Shown piece by piece: positions 9,842 through 19,256 of a DNA stretch of 64,000 nucleotides. Position numbers and translations under genes: made by a program. Source of the DNA: Niabella sp. (lineage in GTDB: Bacteria; Bacteroidota; Bacteroidia; Chitinophagales; Chitinophagaceae). The DNA lies in assembly GCA_047601605.1 (NCBI GenBank), contig JASGIU010000002.1:1688370-1752369 (forward strand). The letters are read 5' to 3'. The notes under the pieces are model-generated. The model searched no databases, was not told the origin of the DNA, and saw nothing but the letters and a program-made list of their open reading frames with translations. Numbering within the stretch: the first letter of the stretch is position 1; each line of letters starts with the position of its first letter.

Positions 9842-10897
9842 TTATATTTCTCTATTTCCTGAAAAAGCCAGCAGGTTGCAAAGCTTAAAAAGTGTCCTTG
9901 CCCCTACGTTTGCATTCCAGTCCGTATCGGCCACACCGCCCACTTCTACCAAGTCAAAGCCGATAATCTGCCTGCCGCTTTTCAAAACTTTGTGAAAAAG
10001 ATAAAACATTCTGTCTAACTCAAAGCCGCCGGGCACGGGTGTTCCGGTGTTGGGGCAAAGTTTTGGGTCAAGGCCGTCAATGTCAAAACTGATATGGATT
10101 TTTTGTGGCAACTGTGCTACTATCTCATCCACGATGTGGCCAAACGTATCGCCATTATATTGCCTTTCTTTTATCTCCTTGTCAAAATATGTGATGACGC
10201 GGTAATTGCTGTTCTTAATATATTCCCATTCATCCTGCCCGAAATCGCGAACGCCCACCTGCATCAGGTTTTTGATTTGCGGTATCTCATTGAGCGCATT
10301 GTACATGATGCTGGCGTGAGAATAAGTAAGCCCCTCGTAAGACTTGCGAAGGTCGCAATGCGCATCAATCATCAAAATTCCAAATTCGTCGTGTTTTTCT
10401 GACAATGCTTTGTAAAGGCCCAGCGGGGTGCTATGGTCGCCACCCAGTAACCCCACCAATTTATCCCTTTCCATCAGGCTGATAGCCTGTTGATAAACCC
10501 AGTTGTTCAGGAATGCCCCGCCCTCGTTAATTTCTTTAATAGACTTTTGCATAAATTGATTCTTGCACAGATCCTCGCCTTTAGAGATGTAGTCAATATA
10601 CAACTCGGCTTCCTTGCGCAGGTAATCGCTTTTGAAAAGTATTTTTCGGTCGGTGGGCATCAGGTAAAAGCCACGTTTCCACGCATCGGGCAAGTCTGGG
10701 TCAAACAAGTCCACCTGAAGGCTTGCTTTTAATATGGCTTCCGGCGCCCGTGCAGTTCCCGTGCCGTAACTTACCGTCACCTCCCAAGGCACATTTATGA
10801 TGACGAGGTCAGCATTTTCCTCGGTACTGGGTAGTCCGAAAATATTATTATTAGGATTGCTAACGCTATTCTGGTCAAAATTATCAAGGTCTAACAT
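9842..10897 (-). CDS. speB: Agmatinase / ureohydrolase family protein
   Basis: GGDHS, DAHCD, SFDIDGLDP and TGTPVPGG Mn-binding motifs. Confidence 0.85.
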   Translation of the reverse strand: MLDLDNFDQNSVSNPNNNIFGLPSTEENADLVIINVPWEVTVSYGTGTARAPEAILKASLQVDLFDPDLPDAWKRGFYLMPTDRKILFKSDYLRKEAELYIDYISKGEDLCKNQFMQKSIKEINEGGAFLNNWVYQQAISLMERDKLVGLLGGDHSTPLGLYKALSEKHDEFGILMIDAHCDLRKSYEGLTYSHASIMYNALNEIPQIKNLMQVGVRDFGQDEWEYIKNSNYRVITYFDKEIKERQYNGDTFGHIVDEIVAQLPQKIHISFDIDGLDPKLCPNTGTPVPGGFELDRMFYLFHKVLKSGRQIIGFDLVEVGGVADTDWNANVGARTLFKLCNLLAFSGNREI

Positions 10898-11085
10898 CTG
10901 TCGGGGATTTAAACGGGGTGCAAGTTACGACTAACAAACGGTTTTGTGTAGATAATTGCACATCGCCCCATAAAACGATTTTGTGGTGTTTTTATTGTGG
11001 AAAAGGTAGATGGATTTGAAAATAAGCAGAACTTTCGGTAATAAGGATAGGAGAGGTTTAATAGTAGAACCTTCTTTTTATCTTC

Positions 11086-11739
11086 CTAATCCTTCAGTTT
11101 ATCCTTGAATACTTTCCTGAATTTATCCACTTTTGGCCTGATGACCATGCTGCAATAAGGGTTTTGATTTTCGTTGTTGTTAAAATATTCCTGATGATAA
11201 TCCTCGGCAGAATAGAAGACAGTGAACCGTTTTATCTCAGTCACAATCGGTGCATCAAACGCACCATTTTTGTCGAGTGCATCTTTATAATGTTCGGCTT
11301 TTTGCTTTTGGCTTTCGTTGTGATAATAGATGCCGCTGCGGTATTGCGTGCCCACATCGTTGCCCTGCCTGTTTAGCGTGGTGGGATCATGGGTTTTCCA
11401 AAATATCTCCAACAGTTCGTCAAAAGAAACGACAGAAGGGTCGTACACGATTTGCAGGCATTCCGCATGACCAGTCTCTCCGGTGCAAACTTGCTTGTAG
11501 GTCGGGTTCTTGACATGCCCGTCCGTGTACCCGCTGGTTACGCGCTCCACGCCTTTCACCTGTTGAAAAATGGCCTCGGTGCACCAAAAACAACCATTGG
11601 CAAAAGTAGCGGTATCTTTAACTGTATTCATTGTTCGTTTATTTTGTTCAGACTTTGCAAATTTAGTGCTATTGCCCTTTTGGGCGCAACTGAAGAATAT
11701 ACCCGTGAACGCAAAAAAGAAAAACAATATGGTTTTCAA
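11086..11739 (-). CDS. msrA: Peptide methionine sulfoxide reductase A, with lipoprotein-type N-terminus
   Basis: GCFWC, HDPTTLNRQGNDVGTQYRS, AEDYHQ and YC motifs. The TTG start is uncertain. Confidence 0.93.
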   Translation of the reverse strand: MKTILFFFFAFTGIFFSCAQKGNSTKFAKSEQNKRTMNTVKDTATFANGCFWCTEAIFQQVKGVERVTSGYTDGHVKNPTYKQVCTGETGHAECLQIVYDPSVVSFDELLEIFWKTHDPTTLNRQGNDVGTQYRSGIYYHNESQKQKAEHYKDALDKNGAFDAPIVTEIKRFTVFYSAEDYHQEYFNNNENQNPYCSMVIRPKVDKFRKVFKDKLKD

Positions 11740-12120
11740 GATGATGTTTTGATATATAACAAGAATATCGGCTTTGGGTTTAAAACGAATTTTGTATACA
11801 GAGGAGGTTTCTGTATGTTCCAGATTTGTATGGCATTGTTGCGCTTGCTTTGTGGATATTTTTTAAGTAGCTTTTAAATTGGGCATCTTATTTCCGTAGG
11901 AGGCCAACAATTGTCGGATTATTTCAAGTTGTTTCATTCGTAACACAAACTAAATTTGCTTTTCATGTTTGTTTTGTGCAAATCATCCTTAATTTTATCC
12001 CGTAGGCATCTGTTAAATCCATGGAATAAATTTTTTCTTAAAATTTACCGTTTCGAACTAAAATATATTTCATGCTTTAATCTTTGCCTTTATTTTTTAT
12101 TTTTAAACAGGCTGTTTAGT

Positions 12121-12993
12121 ATGATAAGTCCTGAAGTTTATCGCGAGAAGTCGCCGTTATCTGAAAAAGATTGCTTTGTTGTTTTTGACCGCAGAAAATC
12201 CAACTTTACTTTCCCCGTGCATATACATCCGGAATATGAACTCAACTTTGTGCACGGTGCCAAGGGTGCAAAAAGAATTGTGGGCGATCTGGAAGAAAGC
12301 ATTACGAACAAAGATTTAGTGCTGATAGCAAACCCTGAACTAAAACATGCCTGGAAAGATGGGGACTGTAAGAACAACAACATACATGAAATTACCATTC
12401 AATTTCATCCGCAACTAATTGAACAATACAAAAACAAAAGCCAGTTCGAGAGCATCCGAGACCTGCTGGAACGTGCCTCAAAAGGTGTGGCATTTGGACA
12501 GGCCACGATAGAAAAAATGCAACCCCTGTTGCAGGTCATTACTATGGAAACAGAAGGGTTTTATTCTGTGATGCGGCTGTTTATCCTCTTATATGAATTA
12601 TCAAAAAGCAATGATTATCGAATACTTTCTTCTGGTACCGACATTGAGATGAACCGCACTACCGAACTGTTAAGTAGGTTGCATGAATATATCAATACCA
12701 ATATTTCCGCAGACATCCGCTTATCGGACGCTGCTAAAGAACTGAACATGAGCAGGTCTACTTTTGCAAGATTTTTAGCGACTAATATACAGATAAGTTT
12801 TACGGACTATGTATTAGACCACAGGATAAAAACGGCCATATTAAAACTAAAAGCAGGGATTTCCATTGCGGAAGTTGCAGACCAATGTGGATTCAACAGC
12901 GTTTCGTACTTCTACCGTGTTTTCAAAAAATCACAGGGCATGAATCCTGCAGAGTTTAGGGATAATTATAAAAAACAACAACTAATCATATAA
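12121..12993 (+). CDS. AraC-family transcriptional regulator (cupin + HTH), likely PUL regulator
   Basis: HIHPEYEL cupin motif and C-terminal IAEVADQCGFNSVSYFYRVFKKSQGMNP. ATG at 12121 preferred over the track start at 11956. Confidence 0.9.
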   Translation: MISPEVYREKSPLSEKDCFVVFDRRKSNFTFPVHIHPEYELNFVHGAKGAKRIVGDLEESITNKDLVLIANPELKHAWKDGDCKNNNIHEITIQFHPQLIEQYKNKSQFESIRDLLERASKGVAFGQATIEKMQPLLQVITMETEGFYSVMRLFILLYELSKSNDYRILSSGTDIEMNRTTELLSRLHEYINTNISADIRLSDAAKELNMSRSTFARFLATNIQISFTDYVLDHRIKTAILKLKAGISIAEVADQCGFNSVSYFYRVFKKSQGMNPAEFRDNYKKQQLII

Positions 12994-13056
12994 CCATATA
13001 CAATTTAAACAGACTTTTCGTTTCCCACTTATACAATTTTTCAAAAACTATTGAGT

Positions 13057-13081
13057 AAATTGTTAAAGAAATTAACAATTT
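13057..13081. promoter_or_regulatory. Perfect 10-bp inverted repeat, candidate operator upstream of susC1
   Basis: AAATTGTTAA-AGAAA-TTAACAATTT. Confidence 0.4.
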
Positions 13082-13271
13082 GGTGATGATTTCCATACAG
13101 TTGTTTCTCTTTTTATCATATTACAAGATGACATTTTTATTACAAAATATATAATATGCTGTTAATCAATACGAATAACAAAAAATACTACTAAAGAAGC
13201 CATTTAATTTTTTGAACTAAAAGTTCAATTGCTATGGGCTTATTTTAAAAAACAGACTTCCGACCCTTAAC

Positions 13272-13370
13272 ATACTTTTAGCTTATTAATTCACCAAATA
13301 AGCCACATGGTATGAAAAGACTATTATTCTTGCTCCTTTTAGGAGCGGTTTGCCATTTTACATGGGCACA
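13272..13370 (+). repeat. Copy 1 of a 99-bp direct repeat (susC leader plus signal-peptide codons)
   Basis: 89/99 identical to 21069-21167 by manual alignment. Contains GCTTATT-N9-AATAAGC. Confidence 0.9.
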
Positions 13371-16300
13371 GAACACCTTTTCTGTTAAAGGAAATGTAAA
13401 GGATAAGCAGAATAATCCTTTAGAAGGTGTTACTGTCGCAATTAAAGGAACAAATGTTGCAACGACATCAGATGTTGACGGAAATTTCAGCATCAACACT
13501 GAAAAAGGAAAAGTTTTGGAGTTTTCCTATGCTGGTGTGAAAACCCAGACAGTTACCGTATCCAACGCTAACGACATCAACATTGTACTGGAAGGGGAAA
13601 GCCAGTTAGATGAGGTTGTCGTAGTAGGTTATGGTGTTCAGAAAAAAGTGAACCTTACAGGCGCTGTGGATATGGTCACATCCAAACAACTGGAAAGCAG
13701 GCCTATTGCCAATTTGGGCTCGGGCTTGCAAGGGTTAGTTCCCAACCTGAACATTACTACATCCAACGGCCGGGCTACCACAAACCCTGCTTTTAATATA
13801 CGCGGCTTCACCAGTGTAAATGGAGGAGACCCACTAATTATTGTTGACAATATCCCATATACTTCTGATGAACTTGCCCGCCTCAACCCAAATGATGTGG
13901 AATCGGTTTCTGTATTGAAGGATGCTGCCGCCTCAGCTATTTACGGTGCGCGCGCCTCATTTGGCGTGGTGTTGATTACCACCAAAAAAGCAAAAGGAAA
14001 TAAACTGAATGTATCGCTGAACGCCATGGTAGGCTACCGCACTATTGGCAAAGTGCCCGAGTTTATTACCGATCCCTACCAGGTAATGGCCATCAAAAAC
14101 GAAGCGGGCAAACCGTTGTATAACAATTATCCCGAGTCTGAGCGGGGTTATGCCAAACAACGTTCGGAAGACCCTTCATTGCCGGCTGTAACCATTTCTA
14201 CAGATGGCAAAAACAAGTGGGTGTACACCGGCACCACGGACTGGTTAAGTGAAGCCTACAACAAATCGGCGCCTACTTACAATGCCAATTTAAGCATCTC
14301 TAACCGCACAGAAAAACTGAGCTACTATTTGTCAGGCGACTATTACCAGCAGGACGGGTTGCTGAAGTATGGCAACGATGTGTACAAACGGTATAATATG
14401 AGGGGTAAAGTAGATTTTAATATCACCAATTGGTTGACACTTTCTAACAACACACAGCTTACCAGCACCGATTATGAGGCGCCGGTTTTCCTGGATGGCG
14501 ACTTTTTCTGGAACGTGAACCGAACCAACTCTCTGGATGTGGTAAGAAACCCCGATGGCAGCTGGACCCGCTCGGCCGCACAAGTACTTGGCGCTTTGCA
14601 GGAAGGCGGCAGGCGCAGGGACAAACTGAATGAATATATTACTACATTCTCTGCAAAAGCGGGCCTGATTAAGAATATCTGGGACCTGAACGCTGATGTT
14701 ACTTTCAGGCGTGGTTCGGGAACAATACGTTCTTACGACATACCTGTACCATATAAAGTAGGGCCCAACGATCCGATTGAATATACATTTTCCAATACCT
14801 GGGCAAAAAATGAAAATACCACTACCGCTTATAATGTGACCAATATTTATACAGATTTTCATAAAAGTTTTGGAGATCATTACCTGCAGGCTTTGGTTGG
14901 TTTTAACCAGGAGTATTATAATTCAGGCTACTTTTGGAATAGGCGCGATGGCCTGATCTCAACCTCACTACCTTCTCCGGGAGTGGCAACCGGCAATATT
15001 ACAGGCAGTGAAAGTATCAGCGACTGGGCTGTTCAGGGCGTATTTTCAAGACTTGCCTATAATTATAAGGAAAAATATCTGCTGGAGCTGAACAGCCGTT
15101 ACGACGGATCTTCCCGCTTCCCCAATGGAAGCCGCTGGGGCTTCTTCCCCTCCGCTTCCGCAGGCTGGGTGGTTTCGCAGGAAAAATTTTTCCAGCCGGT
15201 AAAAGACGCTATTGCATTAAATATGTTTAAGCTGAGGGCTTCTTACGGTACACTTGGCAACCAGTCATCAGTAGGTAATTACGCTTATATACCTACCATG
15301 AGCAATAGCCAGGTGACCTATATACTTGGTTCTACAAGGCCACAGGCTGTATATGCGCCCGGCGCCGTTTCGGGCAATTTTAGCTGGGAAAGTGTGGCTA
15401 CTGTAAACTTTGGGGCAGACCTTTCCTTTTTAAACAACAGGCTGGGGATTAATTTTGATAAATATACCCGTTATACCAACGACATGCTGATTCCGGGCAA
15501 AGAGCTGCCTGGTGTTTTTGGAACAGCTGTACCAACAGAGAACTCAGGCGATTTGAAAACCAAAGGATGGGAGCTTCGCCTGAGCTGGAGAGATAACGGC
15601 GACCTGGCCGGATCTCCTTTCTGGTATAACCTGGCCTTTACCCTGGCCGACAATCGTACCTGGATTACCCGCTATGATAATCCTACCAAATCGCTTGGAG
15701 GTGGATGGGACAGGTATTATGAAGGCAGGGAGATAGGTGAAATATGGGGTGCTGACATCATTGGGTTTTTTAAAGATGAAGCGGATATCACCAATTCTCC
15801 TAATCAGACCGCAATGGGCACAGACGATCAGTCGTATAAATTTTATCCCGGCGATCCCAAGTTTGCCGATCTGAATAAAGATGGTAAAGTGGATATGGGT
15901 AAAAAAACAGTGGATGATCCGGGCGATATGCACATCATTGGCAACAGCGCTTCCCGTTTCCCTTACAGCGCCGATCTTTCGGGCGGCTGGAAGGGCGTAG
16001 ACCTCCGTGTGTTTTTACAAGGTGTTGGTAAAAGGGACTGGTACCCCGGCGCCTCCAATATTTATTTCTGGGGTGTATTTGCACAACCCTGGACCAACCC
16101 TACGGTACAAAATGGTGATTACTGGACCCCTGATAACCCGAACGCATATTTCCCCGCGGTACGGGCGTACTCAGCCGAAGACAACTACCAGCAATTGGGC
16201 ATTCCCAATAAACGTTACCTGCAAAACGGCGCTTATATGCGTGTAAAGAACGTAACGCTGGGATATACGTTGCCGCAATCAGTATTACAAAAAATAAGGC

Positions 16301-16458
16301 TAAGCAAGTTGCGTGTGTACTTTAGCGCCGAGAACATTTTTGAAATATCGCACATTAAAGTGAAGCTCGACCCCGAATCGTTGGGAGACGGCAACCGGCC
16401 CCAGGCTGCGTACCCCTTTCAGCGTACCTACACTTTTGGCTTAAACCTGAATCTTTAA
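13312..16458 (+). CDS. susC: SusC/RagA TonB-dependent transporter 1
   Basis: VVVVGYG, VLKDAASAAIYGARA-type plug motif, RYDGSSRFP and C-terminal YPFQRTYTFGLNLNL. Confidence 0.97.
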   Translation: MKRLLFLLLLGAVCHFTWAQNTFSVKGNVKDKQNNPLEGVTVAIKGTNVATTSDVDGNFSINTEKGKVLEFSYAGVKTQTVTVSNANDINIVLEGESQLDEVVVVGYGVQKKVNLTGAVDMVTSKQLESRPIANLGSGLQGLVPNLNITTSNGRATTNPAFNIRGFTSVNGGDPLIIVDNIPYTSDELARLNPNDVESVSVLKDAAASAIYGARASFGVVLITTKKAKGNKLNVSLNAMVGYRTIGKVPEFITDPYQVMAIKNEAGKPLYNNYPESERGYAKQRSEDPSLPAVTISTDGKNKWVYTGTTDWLSEAYNKSAPTYNANLSISNRTEKLSYYLSGDYYQQDGLLKYGNDVYKRYNMRGKVDFNITNWLTLSNNTQLTSTDYEAPVFLDGDFFWNVNRTNSLDVVRNPDGSWTRSAAQVLGALQEGGRRRDKLNEYITTFSAKAGLIKNIWDLNADVTFRRGSGTIRSYDIPVPYKVGPNDPIEYTFSNTWAKNENTTTAYNVTNIYTDFHKSFGDHYLQALVGFNQEYYNSGYFWNRRDGLISTSLPSPGVATGNITGSESISDWAVQGVFSRLAYNYKEKYLLELNSRYDGSSRFPNGSRWGFFPSASAGWVVSQEKFFQPVKDAIALNMFKLRASYGTLGNQSSVGNYAYIPTMSNSQVTYILGSTRPQAVYAPGAVSGNFSWESVATVNFGADLSFLNNRLGINFDKYTRYTNDMLIPGKELPGVFGTAVPTENSGDLKTKGWELRLSWRDNGDLAGSPFWYNLAFTLADNRTWITRYDNPTKSLGGGWDRYYEGREIGEIWGADIIGFFKDEADITNSPNQTAMGTDDQSYKFYPGDPKFADLNKDGKVDMGKKTVDDPGDMHIIGNSASRFPYSADLSGGWKGVDLRVFLQGVGKRDWYPGASNIYFWGVFAQPWTNPTVQNGDYWTPDNPNAYFPAVRAYSAEDNYQQLGIPNKRYLQNGAYMRVKNVTLGYTLPQSVLQKIRLSKLRVYFSAENIFEISHIKVKLDPESLGDGNRPQAAYPFQRTYTFGLNLNL

Positions 16459-16478
16459 TACCGTAAATTTTCTTTAAA

Positions 16479-18248
16479 ATGAAACGAATTAATTATATAT
16501 TATTAGCTGTTGTGCTGACCGGCGTTTCCTGTAAAAAAGATTTTTTACAGCGAAACCCCCAGACATCCATTACCAAAGAAGCATTTTTTAATACGCCTAA
16601 AGACCTGGAAACTTATACCAACGGGCTTTATGGCCAGTTAAGGGCTAAGTATGAGGATCTTTTCTCCGATAACATTTCCATTAATACGGGAGGCTCCGAA
16701 GCGGACAACCTCATCAGGGGCGGGCTTAATCCTGGCAATGCAGGCGGCTGGAGCTGGGGCAACCTGCGCAGTATTAATTTTATGCTCGACAATGCAGGCA
16801 AAGCTACCGGCGACCAAGCGGCCATTAATCACTATATAGGCGTGGCACGCTTTTTCAGAGCCAATTTTTACTATAATATGGTAAAACGCTATGGCGATGT
16901 GCCCTGGTATTCGCATGTGATCAACTCTAACGAGGAAGACCTCCTTTATAAGGCCAAAGACCCCCGTACTGTGGTGGTAGACTCTATCATGGCCGACCTG
17001 GAGTTTGCAGCCGCTAATGTGCAGCCGGCCCTTACCAATAATACATATGTAACAAAATGGGGCGCGTTGACCCTGCTGGCGAGAATTGCGCTTAATGAGG
17101 GCACTTACCGTAAATATCATACCGAGCTGAACCTGCAGGGATCGGCACAATCTTTTTTGCAGCGTGCTGCCACCGCTTCGCAGGAAATTATGACCAATGG
17201 CGGGTTTGAAATTACCGGCAGCGATCTTGCTGCCTTCCAGGCATTGTTTTCAAGCAATGACATCTCTGCCAATAAGGAGGTGATCTTTTTGCAGAAAAAC
17301 AGCAAGGATCTGGGCATTGCCAACAATAGCCATACCGTGCTTGACTGGCAGTGGGCTTTAAGTTCCAGCCTGGCAGATGAGTTCTTAATGAAGGATGGTA
17401 CGCCGTTCACTTCCCAGGCAAACTACGATAAAAAGGGCTTTGTGGATATGTTTGCCAATCGCGATCCGCGCTTGAGCGAAACCATTATGCCTCCAGGGTT
17501 CAAAAAACAGCCCACAGATAATCCTTACAGAACCCGTCCAGATTTTGGCGGACTGCTGCAGCTGAAGTTTTACCCACGGTATCCGTTGGTTCCGAGCTGG
17601 GAACAAAACTATACAGATTTGCCTATATTCCGCTATGCAGAAGTATTGCTGATCAATGCAGAAGCCAAGGCCGAATTAGGAACGCTTACCCCGGACGATG
17701 TAGAAGCCACCATCAACAAAATACGCGGCCGTGTAGGAATGCCGCCGCTGAATATGGCAGCAGCTAATGCCAATCCGGATGCCTATCTTGCCGCCAGATA
17801 CCCGCTGGTAGCAGGAGCGAATAAAGGGGTGATACTGGAAATACGCCGCGAGCGCCGGGTAGAACTGGCTTGCGAAGGGCTCCGTTTTGACGACCTGTAT
17901 CGCTGGAAAGCAGGTTCGCTGTTAGCGCAAAATACCAGCGGCATGTATGTGCCTGCGCTGGGCGCACTGGATGTAACCGGAGATGGCGTAGCAGATATAG
18001 CCATTTTGAAATCAAAAGATGATGAAAGCCCGATTGCTGGGCTGCCGGCAGATTTGAAAGCCAGCATTTCAAAATATTATATTTCTGATGGCACATTCTA
18101 TTTATCCAACGAAACATCGGGCCGGGTAGTGTTTGTATACGACCAGAAAAATCCCCGGAGCTTTGTGGATCCTAAGTATTATTATTTCCCCATACCGGTA
18201 GAACAAACAGTGCTGAACCCCAAATTAACACAGCCCGAAGGCTGGTAG
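16479..18248 (+). CDS. susD: SusD/RagB lipoprotein 1
   Basis: Lipobox GVSC, FRYAEVLLINAEA, ERRVELACEGLRFDDL and YYFPIP. Confidence 0.96.
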   Translation: MKRINYILLAVVLTGVSCKKDFLQRNPQTSITKEAFFNTPKDLETYTNGLYGQLRAKYEDLFSDNISINTGGSEADNLIRGGLNPGNAGGWSWGNLRSINFMLDNAGKATGDQAAINHYIGVARFFRANFYYNMVKRYGDVPWYSHVINSNEEDLLYKAKDPRTVVVDSIMADLEFAAANVQPALTNNTYVTKWGALTLLARIALNEGTYRKYHTELNLQGSAQSFLQRAATASQEIMTNGGFEITGSDLAAFQALFSSNDISANKEVIFLQKNSKDLGIANNSHTVLDWQWALSSSLADEFLMKDGTPFTSQANYDKKGFVDMFANRDPRLSETIMPPGFKKQPTDNPYRTRPDFGGLLQLKFYPRYPLVPSWEQNYTDLPIFRYAEVLLINAEAKAELGTLTPDDVEATINKIRGRVGMPPLNMAAANANPDAYLAARYPLVAGANKGVILEIRRERRVELACEGLRFDDLYRWKAGSLLAQNTSGMYVPALGALDVTGDGVADIAILKSKDDESPIAGLPADLKASISKYYISDGTFYLSNETSGRVVFVYDQKNPRSFVDPKYYYFPIPVEQTVLNPKLTQPEGW

Positions 18249-18270
18249 CAGTAAAATAACATGGTTATTA

Positions 18271-18306
18271 AGAGAAAAAGCTTTTCTTTTGAAAGGCTTT
18301 TTCTCT
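18271..18306 (+). terminator. Stem-loop after susD1 (terminator or mRNA-stabilising hairpin)
   Basis: AGAGAAAAAGC...GCTTTTTCTCT inverted repeat. Confidence 0.6.
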
Positions 18307-18355
18307 TTGAAGCAGTTAAAAATTGTAACAACGAATTTGTTTAAACTTTTTTGAA

Positions 18356-19255
18356 ATGAAACGAAACGATTTTTTAAAAAGTATTTCATTAACCGCCGGT
18401 ACTTTAGCGCTTACCAGAACCGCATCGGCTACAGCCAAAGCCAAAAAAAAACCGGCGCTTACCATAGCTCATATAACAGACGTGCATATAAGGCCTGATG
18501 AAAATGTTCCGGCCAGGTATGTTCAATGCCTCGAAGAAATTAAAAAAAGGAAAGTGGATTTTTTTCTGAACGGCGGCGACAGCATCCACGCGGCCGATTA
18601 TGAGGATATTACGCGCGAGCGGGTACTGGAACAGTGGAAGTGCTGGGACGAGTGCATGCAAACCCTAAAAGGATACGAAGTGCACAGCTGTGTGGGCAAC
18701 CACGATAACTGGTGGGCTGCGCCATCAAAGGACGATGAAATGTATGGGGTGAACTATGCGGCCAAAAGAGTGGGCATGCTGCACCGTTATTACAGCTTTA
18801 AAAAGAAGAACTGGCATTTTATCATTCTGGATGGCAATAATAATGATGGCATATTGTTGGACAAAGAACAAATGGATTGGCTAAAGAAAGAGCTGGCACA
18901 AGTGCCTGCCGGTGAGCATGTATTGCTGATGTCGCATTTTCCTATACTTACGGTAACCAATACATGGGAAGGCGGCCAGCACAAAGATCATAAAGAGCTG
19001 AAGCAATTATTTTATCAGCACAGAGATAAAGTACGGGTTTGCCTGAGCGGTCACCAGCATTTGCTGGACAGGGCATGGTACAATGATGTACATTATTTCT
19101 GCAACGGCGCCATGAGCGGCTTCTGGTGGGGGAAAGGCAATGAGAACTCTGCACAACCCTATTATTACCAGGAAACACCTCCAGGCTATGCTATATTAAA
19201 ATTGTATGAAAACGGAACCGTAGAAAATGAATATATCGTTCACCGGCACTATTAA
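18356..19255 (+). CDS. Calcineurin-like metallophosphoesterase with Tat-type signal
   Basis: KRNDFLK signal. TDVH, GGD, GNHD, SH and GHQH metal-binding motifs. Confidence 0.9.
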   Translation: MKRNDFLKSISLTAGTLALTRTASATAKAKKKPALTIAHITDVHIRPDENVPARYVQCLEEIKKRKVDFFLNGGDSIHAADYEDITRERVLEQWKCWDECMQTLKGYEVHSCVGNHDNWWAAPSKDDEMYGVNYAAKRVGMLHRYYSFKKKNWHFIILDGNNNDGILLDKEQMDWLKKELAQVPAGEHVLLMSHFPILTVTNTWEGGQHKDHKELKQLFYQHRDKVRVCLSGHQHLLDRAWYNDVHYFCNGAMSGFWWGKGNENSAQPYYYQETPPGYAILKLYENGTVENEYIVHRHY

Positions 19256-19256
19256 A

